Assembly: GCA_002633005.1 (NCBI GenBank)
Contig: NMRA01000353.1
Coordinates: forward strand, 381,625 to 445,624
Origin: Phoronis australis
Taxonomy: Eukaryota; Animalia; Phoronida
DNA length: 64,000 bases
Direction of reading: 5' to 3'
Below are positions 27,801-38,019 of the stretch, one piece after another. Both the position numbers and the translations under genes were made by a program. The notes beneath the pieces are model-generated. The model was given only the letters and a program-made list of their open reading frames with translations. It was not told the DNA's origin and did no database searches. Numbering within the stretch: position 1 is the first letter of the stretch; each line of letters opens with the position of its first letter.

Positions 27801-29660
27801 CTTAGACATTTTACATTCAAAACTAGGAAAACACTCCTCAGTACCTAGTTTGTTATTAATCTCTCGTTTATTGACCATGTGCCATTTCTGAAAATAGCTC
27901 CCATTGGCACTGCACATGGATGTGGCCGTTTGGCACATCACGCAGGTTTTTCACTGTACAACTGAAGGGATAGTAAGTTCCGGCAAATGTAGTTAGGGCA
28001 CACCGGACATAGTTACCGTTGTGAAGTCCCCTAAGCGTAAAGCAAACATGGCCGCCGGAAGTTTCCTGCATACGCCCTATAACTGTTTTTTTTCAATGTG
28101 TTCTCAATCACCTTTCACGAAAGTTGCTGGCAATGAGCCATACAATCCGCAATCACAGTGGCCTGATGGATAAATAAAACTGCATTTTTCCAGTATTTGG
28201 TTGCCAGAAAAACGAAAATAAGATTAAGACAGTTGAGCACACAAAATCAGTTTCATAATAGCCATTACCATGGTGGAACATGATTTCCGTTAACAACAAA
28301 TACATCGATGCCAACTGGAACTCAAGAAATGATTGGGCTCGGCCAAACCTAAAATTGTGCATTTGAAATTAGTGCCTACTACAAATTTTGACCTCAAACC
28401 GCGTTCTCTAAGAATTCAGCTTTGACATCTAAACAGCGGCGAAGTGTCCCTTCCAATGTTACACACAGCGGCAGGCCTATATCCACGATTTTCAGGTTTT
28501 GAGCTCATTTCCATATATTTAAAAAAAACATTCACATCAACTAAGCTTCGTTCACGGAGATGTCAGATCGATTCAAACGGCTAGGTATAACTCAGTGTGG
28601 CAATGCATGTTAGCGACTAATATGGTAGTTTGCGATATGACATCAAGTTTATTTGATAGACATTGATGATCTGGGAATAAGAATTAATTTACGGGTTTTG
28701 CAAGCGAGGTACCTTTTCGTGAGTCACATTTATTCCAGGTATGTTGACCGTTAACTTAATTCGTCTCAAGTACTACGGCAACATCTGGCTTACGTTAGGA
28801 AGATGAATTTATTTCACTTTATTTTTGGCTAATTGTTTCTTCTGGGCGCATTTCCACGGGCTTATTTTCAGCAGATCATGAAGTCTGCCACACGCTTCTA
28901 CACCCCGCACGCAATTCTCCTTTTTAGTTCCCAGAAAATCATTGAAGCTCATCGAAAAAAAACATCTTTCGAATTTTGTTAGTGCAACGAGGGCCAAGAC
29001 GTTGGACAATCGGAGCGTCTGCATTTTCCGCGCCCTTGTTGGTTGATATAATTGGATTGATTGGCAAGACCTGACTATCCAGAGAACGTATGCACACATT
29101 GTTGCTTCATGGCTGCAGTTTGTGCTGGGTCGTTACTGTAGGGGGCGGAGCTTGCGATAGGTCAAATGCACAAATTATCACAGAACCGACAGAAACGATC
29201 GCGATTGCGCTATGGCACCAGCTGCGTCACGGGACACGGCCAGCGGGTCTACAGCATTCATGCGAGCTATACTATGTGTCAGACTGGTCAACAGACTGTG
29301 TAGCCACGGGCTACAGGACAGGACCATGTCCTTCCGCTGCAGAAACCCCTCATTTCAATTTTACTTTTGGCAACTCCTTGCAAAGTGCGCTGGCCCAGAC
29401 TAATACTTATTTCATCACCAGCTCTTCGCCAACGGTCACCAACAATTTCACGTGTGCTCCCCCTACCTCCTGTTAACCACTTCTGGCTACGCAAGTGCAT
29501 CGTTATACGTGTGTAGCATAATGCGAAGATAGACCTGACATTGTTATATTTACAGGCAGTACAGATATTCTACAACAATTTCTGCAACATATATATGGAA
29601 GATTTGCAACCCGATCACTGTTGCTGGTTCGAACGTTTGGAACTAATAGATACACACTAA
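9786..29660 (+). CDS. CASD1-like SGNH/PC-esterase domain protein (sialate O-acetyltransferase-like), 5'-partial, lacking the Cas1 acyltransferase membrane domain
   Basis: Exons 9786-9896, 12603-12663, 26224-26398, 26749-26860 and 29556-29660 join in frame (intron phases 0,1,2,0) to 187 aa: ...RPDVVVAGIAA|WMIRF..SEALDHYK|R..LKKLASNGTRVIWKLQDPV..NENFDAWNNATIEI|MKDSNVELW..LKDGVHY..|AVQIFYNNFCN..DHCC..stop. This is colinear with the CASD1 luminal domain as I recall it (PHVIVAGAATW, SEALSQYK, VYWVLQDPV, NEKIDAYN, DGLH, NVYCN, SCC). Confidence 0.85.
10630..12435 (-). mobile_element. Academ transposon remnant
   Basis: Terminus TAGTCTAGTTACC at 12435; fragment HPD..CRHPDG..PADQFEEQTYIK..KGILT..QVAVW resembles Academ transposase; left boundary approximate. 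Confidence 0.7.
11530..11909. mobile_element. MITE with short subterminal repeats (Mutator-like) inserted in the Academ remnant
   Basis: CTACTACTCCGAA at the left versus repeated (C)TTCGGAGTAGTGGG ending GGCAGTAACC at the right. Confidence 0.5.
12603..12663 (+). CDS. CASD1-like gene exon
   Basis: ttctgttttag|TGGATG ... TACAAAC|gtacgt; WMIRFWKKDRPRSEALDHYK. Confidence 0.8.
13100..14780 (+). mobile_element. Kolobok DNA transposon, internally deleted (THAP-transposase and convergent KolX remnants)
   Basis: TTAA TSD (13096-13099, 14781-14784); AGG..CCT termini; near-identical TIRs of about 158 bp; THAP MPHCCCVPECTN..RVCGKHF from 13365 (+); CQVCG..WECVAGH..W transposase piece; minus-strand GYMFEP..RRGDTSWCKCTVC from 14446. 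Confidence 0.9.
14872..15003. repeat. Dispersed repeat; inverted copy at about 20670-20794
   Basis: TTAACATGGCTTCTCATT..GACGTCATA.CATTCAG.CATTCC.ATTGGTTGAAATCT shared in opposite orientation. Confidence 0.75.
15700..15975. repeat. Purine-rich minisatellite, unit about 70 bp, about 4 copies
   Basis: GTACATGGGAG.AGGGCTAAACAGGTAAAAACAGGTGGGCGCCAAATGGGTGTTGA unit. Confidence 0.9.
17200..17592 (+). mobile_element. CR1/L2-group LINE 3' remnant
   Basis: NTMTSGCNSISHKGTLLWNSLP motif; (ACT)n tail. Confidence 0.55.
18196..19020 (+). mobile_element. Degenerate HINE copy
   Basis: TTTTTATGCTCCCACACATTTATATGCGGGCGCAT end plus CTAGTGGC-containing monomers. Confidence 0.65.
21533..21861 (+). mobile_element. 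Second, near-identical HINE copy (inverted relative to the first), running into an assembly gap
   Basis: Reverse complement of about 3563-3865; palindrome 21540-21569; (GTCC)n. Confidence 0.85.
22220..25226 (-). mobile_element. Academ transposon remnant (transposase/XPG-like nuclease pseudogene)
   Basis: Terminus TAGTCTAGACG at 25226. Fragments KIDIVFDRY, FAFHAVTGFGTNSYF..SSWKVF, FSFWWSYMYMVPILL..NYAR. The other end is lost at the gap. Confidence 0.85.
25462..25532 (+). repeat. Retroposon 3' tail; second copy at 45412-45480
   Basis: CCCCAyGGAAAGCAGTrTGAACTGrTGGGsCTACCCTCATTGTAAAyATTACATTAATAAATAA in both copies. Confidence 0.75.
26224..26398 (+). CDS. CASD1-like gene exon
   Basis: tctgtag|GATAT ... 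ATAAT|gtgagt; YTQDHLFPCLKKLASNGTRVIWKLQDPVVDNRMGPDPNRQLLKNENFDAWNNATIEI. Confidence 0.88.
26749..26860 (+). CDS. CASD1-like gene exon (catalytic DxxH)
   Basis: ctctacag|GAAAG ... GACCAG|gtgaca; KDSNVELWYTGRLSAYKWLDDLKDGVHYRGRSSAQDQ. Confidence 0.88.
26892..27047. mobile_element. hAT MITE, 8-bp TSD
   Basis: GTAATGGC|CAGTGCTGTAG ... CTACAGCACTG|GTGATGGC. Confidence 0.8.
29556..29660 (+). CDS. CASD1-like gene terminal coding exon
   Basis: atttacag|GCAGTA ... TAA; AVQIFYNNFCNIYMEDLQPDHCCWFERLELIDTH*; candidate AATAAA at 30177-30182. Confidence 0.85.
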   Translation, partial: AVQIFYNNFCNIYMEDLQPDHCCWFERLELIDTH

Positions 29661-31047
29661 AGGCGGACCAAAACAACCGTGAATGCCTGATCGACAGCGT
29701 TGCGATTAATACAAGTAACTAGTAACCGACCGTCACCATGGAGACAGCCAGATGGGACATAAATCTCCATCGTTTGGGAGCCAGATCAGTTCCGACACAA
29801 AAGTCTGGCCATTGCCTCGTATCTTCACAAAAACTCTCAACTGCACGTTAATTCCTTATCTCTGTGATTACTTGGTTAAATTAGTTAGAAACAACATATG
29901 GGCGACGATGTGAATATGAAAATTGCCAAATGTTTTTAAGAACGAGTTTTGTGTCAAAATGATCCATGGTAAATCACTCAACCGTGTCCAGTAAGTATCG
30001 TGGTGTGGTGTTGGAGAATAACACTACACGATGCGGGTTATGTGAGTCACCAAGCAGGGGCAAAACTAATACTTTTGCTTGGGGGGGGGTGTCAAACATA
30101 ATTTGCCCTACATTTTGGTACGCCTACCCTACAACTTTTCTGATGGCCAAGATGAAGCAGACAGCTTTATCATAACAATAAATCAACGAATAACGACAAT
30201 GGCTTTTATAGTAATTTACCAGTCTACATCTACCTTCAGTGTAAGGTGTTTCAGTGACACCATCTTGTTTGAGTTTCCTTGATTAGCTCAGTCAAAAACA
30301 TTCCCAGTATTTTGATGTTCATCGTTTCCCTAATGAAACAAGGCACAATTTTTATTCAGGTCTCGACATAATGAGCGTTTGCGACCAGAAATTTGGAAAT
30401 GCGAGCTGAGATTTTAGCAAGCTCGTATCAATAACAAATGGCAAAATGCGACCTGGAACATCCAACCATTGCGAGCTCGGAATTTTTACACTTCTCGGCA
30501 GATACCTAGCAAAGACAAAGCAACTCGTATGAATCCAACTGTTATTTGGTTGTTGTCAAATCAATCCAATTCAGAAGAACACTAACCGAGAACAGCCCTC
30601 CTGGTGACTTGTAAGCATGTTACGTGAACGTGGGATAATGCAGAATCGATCTTTGACACGTTTCATTACCTAACATTTTCGGCTACTTTTGCAAACGAGC
30701 AACTTGCTAAACTTCGTGGTGGAAAAACATATCTGTTCTTCACGTAAGATGTACTTACTACCAAATATCCACGACAATATCACTGATATCACACTGCTAG
30801 CGGCACTGGCTGGTACCGTTGTTAGCGCGCAAGCGGTCCCGGCAGACGATCGTGACTTGGAAATGTGCGTCTCGTTTATATCGCGAAAGACAGCTAACGT
30901 AAAAATGACAAGTCTATTAATCACCAAACGATGGCCACGTCATTAATTTCAGCAAAGTAGTTTTTGAGTCGCCAAAAAATTCCCAGACGCTTTACTTTTT
31001 TCTGGGGCTGCGTGCGCGACATATCGAATCGTCTGTCCATATTGTTG

Positions 31048-31993
31048 CATAGGTGGATTTAGGGGGGGGGGNNNNNNNNNNNNNNNNNNNNNNNNNNNNN
31101 NNNNNNNNNNNNNNNNNNNNNNNNNNNNNNNNNNNNNNNNNNNNNNNNNNNNNNNNNNNNNNNNNNNNNNNNNNNNNNNGGGGGGGGGCTCAGATCCAAT
31201 TTCAAGTATCAAATTCGGAACATGGGGCAATCGTAACGGAACTATGGCTAAGTATAGGCTCTCCTGCGATATCCCAGGCGACCGGCAGTGGCGCTGCGCA
31301 CAACGACTCCGTTTCCGTCGTCTGCTCCACTGTGCAATCAAGAAAATTACTTAATTTAAAAAAAAATGGAATCTGAGAGATGATGACAAAACAGAAGCTG
31401 CTGGTAAGATGTGAATTTTAATCGAAACCTTAGTGAATCACTCAGAAACTCATAATTCTCTCTTTGTCAAACCTTAACTTAAGACGATTTCCAAAGCAAT
31501 CGCGTCATTTTTGCCAACACAAAAAACGGATTTAGTCTTTTGGACAATTGAAGACTATTTTAAATACAACAAATCTGTTACGAACTCATTGCACAAAATA
31601 TAAAACATGTAATAAGCATTACAAAAAGAAGGAGTTTTCGCACGGAAACGCTGTGGACCATAAACAAGTAAGTCTCTTTGTAACACATTAGGAGTTAATT
31701 CGTGTTGGTGTAGTGGTAAAGCACGCTCGCGCTGTTCGCCAGGTCGTGAGTTCGAGTCTGTGATATTTGCAGTTTTTCCTGTTTGACACTTTCTCCTTGT
31801 TTTTTTTTGCCTTTTTTCTTGGATAATACTTCGGGAATCAAGGAAAATGCTTGATTTTTAGAGGAAAAAACAGAAAAATTTCCCGACCTCCCCCATTCGG
31901 TGCTATGCTCATCTACATGTACAATCGTGCTTGGAGCAAATGTTTACAGACAAAATGTTGGGCCCCTTTTGTGATATCCTAGATCCGCCACTG
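31048..31993. mobile_element. hAT-like non-autonomous element, 5-bp TSD
   Basis: TGTTG|CATAGGTGGATTTAGG ... CCTAGATCCGCCACTG|TGTTG; contains a gap and a tRNA-like segment. Confidence 0.7.
31702..31762 (+). pseudogene. tRNA-derived segment (Pol III A and B boxes), not a complete tRNA
   Basis: TGGTGTAGTGG ... GAGTTCGAGTC; acceptor and anticodon stems not recoverable. Confidence 0.45.
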
Positions 31994-32217
31994 TGTTGCC
32001 AACATAATATAGGCCTACTTCAGCGATTCAACTGCGTGAACTCACGCGTGCGCACCACTCAAAAGCTGCACATCAAAAGAGTACAGCAAGAAAGAGTATA
32101 CCGGCTTGGCTCTGTTAAGCACTAAGGTGCCAATGTACGAAGACCCATTATTGCCATGAAAAATAAAACTTCAATTTGTAATTAAGCTACGGATTGCCAA
32201 TCGGATATTACGGATTG

Positions 32218-32485
32218 CATGCGCGCAACCAGCCTTCAATATGAGGGGCTCAAATTCCTAACGTTGTGTACCTTTTTGGTAACAAAATTAGCCGGCGGGC
32301 TAAAAAAAAAAACAAAAAAAAAAACGGGCGCACCTCTGTGATTTGCGCGTTTTGTGCTTGTTTAGTGGTCTTCTGTCTCAATTTCTCGGACTTTTTGTTT
32401 CTCGCAGGCGGACCTTTTTCCCACTTCGCCAAATGGGGGGGGCTCGTTCGAGCCCCCGAGCCCCCCCCCCCTGGGTGCGCGCGTG
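32218..32485 (+). mobile_element. hAT-like MITE (same family), 5-bp TSD
   Basis: GATTG|CATGCGCGCAACCAG ... CTGGGTGCGCGCGTG|GATTG. Confidence 0.8.
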
Positions 32486-32815
32486 GATTGCCAATCTGTT
32501 AATACGGATTGGCAATCTGTTATTACGGATTAGCAATCTGTTAATACAAATTGGCAATCTGTAATAACGGATTGGCAATCTGTTAATACGGATTGGCAAT
32601 CTGTTATTACGGATTGGCAATCTGTAGTACAAATTGGCAATCTGTTAATACAAATTGGCAATCTGTAATAACGGATTGGCAATCTGTTAATACGGATTGG
32701 CAATCTGTTAATTACGGATTGCCAATCTGTTAATTACGGATTGCCAATCTGTTAATTACGGATTGCCAATCTGTTAATGCGGATTGCCAATCTGTTGTTA
32801 CGGATTGACAATCCA
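32486..32815. repeat. 21-22 bp minisatellite (ACGGATTGGCAATCTGTTAAT), about 15 copies; inverted partner at 35741-35826
   Basis: Directly visible tandem units. Confidence 0.95.
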
Positions 32816-34206
32816 TTAATAAACATTCGGTTGTGCACCTTAGTTTTAAGAGAGAATAAGCGAGCTACCCTGTATATAATTTTATTTGGGCCTTAGTTAT
32901 GACGAGATTCTGGTGTCATTGTCAGCAAATCACAGTATGTTTAATTAGCAAGCGAACTCTTCAACGGCAATTTCGAATCATAGGGAGTTATTTCGACGCA
33001 TGCAAGAAGCACACAAGCTGTTTGCTTTCTTGAGGAACAGGCATCAGGACGCCTACATTTTTATCGGTGGATGCATTGAAGTGTATACAAAATGGCCTGA
33101 ATATCGACAGGGAAACCGTCTGCCATCTGATAGAAATCTTAGATCCCGATGGGGTACGATGCAGAGCAAGGAAGAGGCGGCAGAGACGCGTGTATCGAGT
33201 AAGAGGCCTTACTTTTATGTGGCGCATTAACCCTATGATAAACTGAAGCATGAAATAAAATACAATAAAAGTGTGCTGAAGAGAATGTACAGTCAATGGT
33301 CCTCTTGCGAGTTTATAACAATAACGCGAGATTATGTGAGACTTAACTCTGACGTCGAATGAAGTGGGGCCAAAGCTTGTCGTTTGGCCATTTCCCCAAT
33401 GCGGTAGCAGAGTGTATTCTGTTAGTTTCTTCTAATTTTTAGCCATTTAGTTCGAAAAATGCCAAACAAGCATTGCTGTTATGGCAAATGAAATTTAGAT
33501 TCGCACTACAACAGTACGTTCTATCGCGCGTTCTGTACTAATTTCGTCCGGTGTATTTTAAATGCATTACGGCGTTTTCCCGTTGCTCCCAACTTGTTCG
33601 ATTCTATAGCCCAACAACAAGTTGGGAAGTTTATGCCTGTAGCCAATACGACTGATTAACTCCATTCTGGCATTTATGGTTGGAGGGCCAGCTTTCTTTT
33701 GTTCGATAATTGCTCTACTGAATCTCCAATAAGATCGTATCTAGGCTGACTGGGCTGTGCTGTTACAAAAAGTTAAGATATAACATATTTGAACATAAAC
33801 CAATAAAATTTCTGAAATCTTCGTCAAATGGTGGTCATGTCTTGGTTTTGAATCGCCGAAATCGCCCAACTGCAACCGAAGTTATGACAATCTATTTTTT
33901 CCGAATACACCAATTCACTTTAAGAGTTTTCACACGCGGTCTGTAATAAGCCTGGTAGAGTGGCCAAATTGTTGTGACAGCAGACAAAAGAGTGTGCTTG
34001 AAGGTTAACAAAGAAGCTAGATGTTATCACCCGCTCAGAACCCCCTACGTCTGATAAAATCAATGAACGGGAAAACGCTGTTATGCGGGTGGTAGGCGAA
34101 ATCCGCTCACTGATTAGGTTTTCACCTCGTCAAAAATACATTCTACACCTAAAATTATCACCTTTAGAGGCGCTTACTTTCTTCAGTGGTCCTTTCTGCT
34201 TCTAAA

Positions 34207-34905
34207 CATATCTTCGATGAAGCATAGCTACGGGAATTCAGGTGACTTTGGCGAAGAATTCCAAGTCCACTTTGTGATTAGGCCTACTATTAACTTAGAC
34301 CGAGCGCGCGATAACCACAAAGTATTTCAACTGAATCAGGCGAGTATGAGGCAAAGGCTAGCGCGAGACTGACCGAAACGCGAGACCTGGCGCACGACAC
34401 TTGCAAAATAGTAAGTGAAATTTGTAAGATTTGTGTCCCTTGGACTTTTTGTTCGTCAACAGGCGTGATTTCACGTAACTTCCTCAAAATGGCGCCTGGT
34501 GAGAGAAACTCGAACAAATCGCGAGGTTTTCATGGATATGTTCAAGTTATTTGTAGATTAAGTTGTATCCAGAGTCAGGGTATGTATTAATTATAACTCC
34601 ATGTGCACATATGCATGTTTCATTTGATTTTATTTGCTGTATTTTGAAGTAAGTAACTTTTTATGTGGATATACTATCGCCCCTGGAAAGATGTATGCCT
34701 GCGGCATTCAGGCCTAGACCGGGTTGAGTTCCAATTTTAGTCCGTTCACAGCTTCGCACAACATAATAAATTCATATTTTCTTCGTCCATTCAGAGTTAT
34801 TCCACGATCTATCTACCATTTCTTAAGTTTTGTTAGCGTTTTAAGCGTAAAATTCACCATAAGAACTCCAGTAAGATTTAGCGTGTGTAGCAAAGACTCG
34901 GGGCT
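34207..34905 (+). repeat. Unclassified dispersed repeat of about 700 bp; second copy at about 54065-54740
   Basis: Colinear from ATCTTC.ATGAAGCATAGCTACGGGAATTCAGG to GTGTAGCAAAGACTC. Confidence 0.9.
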
Positions 34906-36114
34906 CACATCTTGTTGAAGTAAAAACTCCAAACCTCCTGATTGTTAAGCACAACGATATGTATAGCGAGCACATAGTTTGCTACGTTAAATCTTCGTCT
35001 ACATTTTCATTTGTTGTTGCAGTCTTAGACGCATGACCACGACCAGAAGGTCTCAGAAAGAAGTGGTTTGGCGAAATGCATGTACATCCTGTTAGTACAG
35101 TTAGGTACGACATTAGTAGATGCTGGTACAAAAATTTGGGAGGAATCTTGCATTGCCAAGTTGTCAAGATAAAGCCGAAATCGTTAACTTCAAACTAGAA
35201 TAACTCTAGGTCACGCCGGTGAATATTCATGTTCAAGCAATGTGTGAACTCCATTCGATTCATGAATTTATGTGTAATTAGGAACGCTAACACGCCGTAG
35301 TAAAAAGCAACAAAAACCAATGGTTTCATCCAAAACAAAGATGGCGCTGCCTATATAATGAAACAAAATGCAACGCATGTACAGACACACAACATTTTTT
35401 CAAATCACTACATGTTGAAACTTCATAGAAGGGAATACTGATTGAACTCTGGATATAGATGTGTATCAGTTAAAGACAATAAGAGGGGACTTGTCCTTTT
35501 TCACGGGAAACAAACTGCAACAAAAGCGAGAGAAAACAAAACAAAACAAAATGAGCGCTTAGAATGGTTTTATTATTTCAATATCAAAGTTAAAATTTTT
35601 AACATGCACAAAAAATAACTACAAGATTGTTTTAAAGTTTGTCAAATGTCTGTCTGCAATCAACAAAATTCAAATAGGTCGATGGCGCTTCCAGTAGGCT
35701 ACATTGCTCCGCGTTTGAGCCACTGGTAGTAGCCAACCATTTGCCAATCCGTAATAACAGATTCGCAATCCGTAATTACAGATTGACAATCCGTAATTAC
35801 AGTTTCGCATTTCGTATTAACAGATTCAAATTTTATTTTTTCATGACACTAATGGGAGTAGTTCCAATCGATAACAGCAAATTCAGTTCTTTTACCCGAT
35901 ATCACAGTTTGCTTAGCAGTTCACAAGACACTCAGGTGTCAGCTTATCGCTTGAATAAATCGTTTTACACCAATAAATCGTCAAAATTCGATGTAAAAGG
36001 CTTACAAATACATTGAGTTTCTAAACAAATGAGTTGTTTCATTTCGCTCTTACGATTCAATAGAAATTTTCAACGTGCCGTAGCCTATAAAGTTCGGTAG
36101 GCCAACTTACCAAG

Positions 36115-36229
36115 CGCCAGTAATAATAAAAGACGACTTGGCTTACATGAACGTCTGTATTTTTTGTAGAACAGCGACCGCAAAGACAGTAACCAAATAA
36201 TACGTACGAAAAGTACACAAATAATAGCG
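36115..36229 (-). repeat. 3' LTR (115 bp)
   Basis: Direct copy of 42822-42919 with a few substitutions and an extra segment of about 16-17 nt. Confidence 0.8.
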
Positions 36230-36292
36230 CGACGTCTCTTTAACTTTAAATGGACAAAGTCCGTACGGGCTCTGGAACCAAAACGCATAAAG

Positions 36293-37955
36293 TAGTCGGT
36301 GGGCCAGATCTCATAGCGTTCATCCTTGTGAGTACTTTGGGGGGGGCAACCTAGTTTTTTCTATGTGGCTAGATAATATACCTATAAATCAAATTCCAAA
36401 AAGTTCCCACGTCTACACTTGCACATTTTTTAAAAAAAGGTGTTTTTGTTGCGCAAAATATGATGCACATTCCTGCCACTTGATGGCGCTTTTCTATTGA
36501 ATTGACCAATCAGAGAGCCAGATTGTATTGTTGTGCTTAGTTACTTCAATATGGCTGCTCCCATGGAGTGTGTTGCCCGTATAATTCAAGGTTTATCAAA
36601 CAGCACAAAATTGTGATGTCAGATCCTAAAAAAGCTTAGGAAAGCTTCCTGACGAAAGCTGATTGACTGTGGAACTCTGTAGATCAGTAGATCAAAAAGA
36701 AGAAGTGTCACAAACGTTTGTGCAGAAAACAGCTGCATGTCCTGGTAGCCTACACAGTATACTGCTGAGTGCTGTAGACTAGAAGACCAAGTGTCAGACC
36801 AAAAAATTGAAAGGACATAGAACGGCATAGCAACGTTTCAAGGCACCAACAGTGGTACTAAAGCTGAAGTTGCTGAAAGTGATANNNNNNNNNNNNNNNN
36901 NNNNNNNNNNNNNNNNNNNNNNNNNNNNNNNNNNNNNNNNNNNNNNNNNNNNNNNNNNNNNNNNNNNNNNNNNNNNNNNNNNNNNNNNNNNNNNNNNNNN
37001 NNNNNNNNNNNNNNGTGGAGCTTTGCAGTTAATATGTATGGCAATGACCGCATCTCCATTGACAGTACTAAACGATGAACGCTGTAAGTGCAAAAAGAAC
37101 ATGTGTGTTGGGAAACTGAGTTTGTGCTGCAATGCTGAGTCAAACTGTACAGAAATGTGCAGCTGTGACAACTGCAGTAACATCAGCAACACTGACTGCA
37201 TAACATTGGATAGTTCTTTGACAAGTCAATCCTAAATAGACCTCCAACCCCGTTATTTCCTTTTTTTGTATTAAAAAGTTAATGTTATTTGTTGATTAAG
37301 TCATAGAAAGTACATACTTTGATCATTGTCATGTATTTGTCTCATAATGCTTGATAAACGCTGTCAGAATAATCTATTATTTTCATACAGTCTTTGTGCA
37401 CATTCACAGAGATCATTCAACTAAGTTGTTTTTGTACTATAACGTATTTCTGGTGTATTATGCAAACAAGCTGTATTTACACCATTAGTCAATGTTTTAG
37501 TCATTGAGGCACAAATTTTGCCCAGTTTCCAGTGTTTTGTGTTATTTTTGTTGCCTGACAATGCCAGAATAACTTCATAGTAACATTCAGACTTAGTTTG
37601 CATTTTTGCCACTAGGTGTCTCTTTACATTTTTTAAATTTCACTGTTAATTAACAATTTACATAGTAAAACATGTAATGTGAGTGTAATATTGTTCAATA
37701 CAATGGCACTGATGGGACCATATTACTTGTTTTACAAAAAAAGTCACCAAAACTGTTGCTTTTACAAATATTGGTGATTATTAGGTAACTTCAAACTCAA
37801 ATTTCTCAAAAATGTGCAACTTTATATGTGGGAACTTTTTAGATTTTGAGAACACTCAAATAAATGAATTAAAAAACACCAAAATGAGATTGCCCCCCTA
37901 AAGTACTCACAAAAACCATTTTCTAGAGGCTCTACAAAATCTGGCCCACCGACTA
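36293..37955 (+). mobile_element. Non-autonomous Academ DNA transposon nested in the retrotransposon 3' UTR
   Basis: TIRs TAGTCGGTGGGCCAGAT / ATCTGGCCCACCGACTA; subterminal IR GTGAGTACTTTgGGGGG; 3-bp TSD AAG; residual C-terminal CXC domain RCKCKKNMCVG..CTEMCSCDNCSN at about 37080-37190; contains an assembly gap. Confidence 0.85.
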
Positions 37956-38019
37956 AAGCCAATTGAACTTAAAGTCTATAAATACGAAAGGGGTATAGGA
38001 CGGATTATTAGAACAAACA

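Larger units (their letters stand above)
32136..35860 (+). mobile_element. IS3EU-like DNA transposon remnant with minisatellite-containing TIRs and nested insertions
   Basis: Left TACGAAGACCCATTATTGCCATGAAAAATAAAA versus right TTTTATTTTTTCATGACACTAATGGG; subterminal repeats of about 21 bp in opposite orientation; transposase relic 32875-33250 (SYDEIL..ISKRTLQR; YRWMH..LDPDGV..RRVYRVRG..MW..YDKLK); no TSD recognised. Confidence 0.7.

Noticed and set aside
29090-29476. 128-aa ORF as a separate gene
   Set aside because: No recognisable motifs; it lies in the last intron of the CASD1-like gene.
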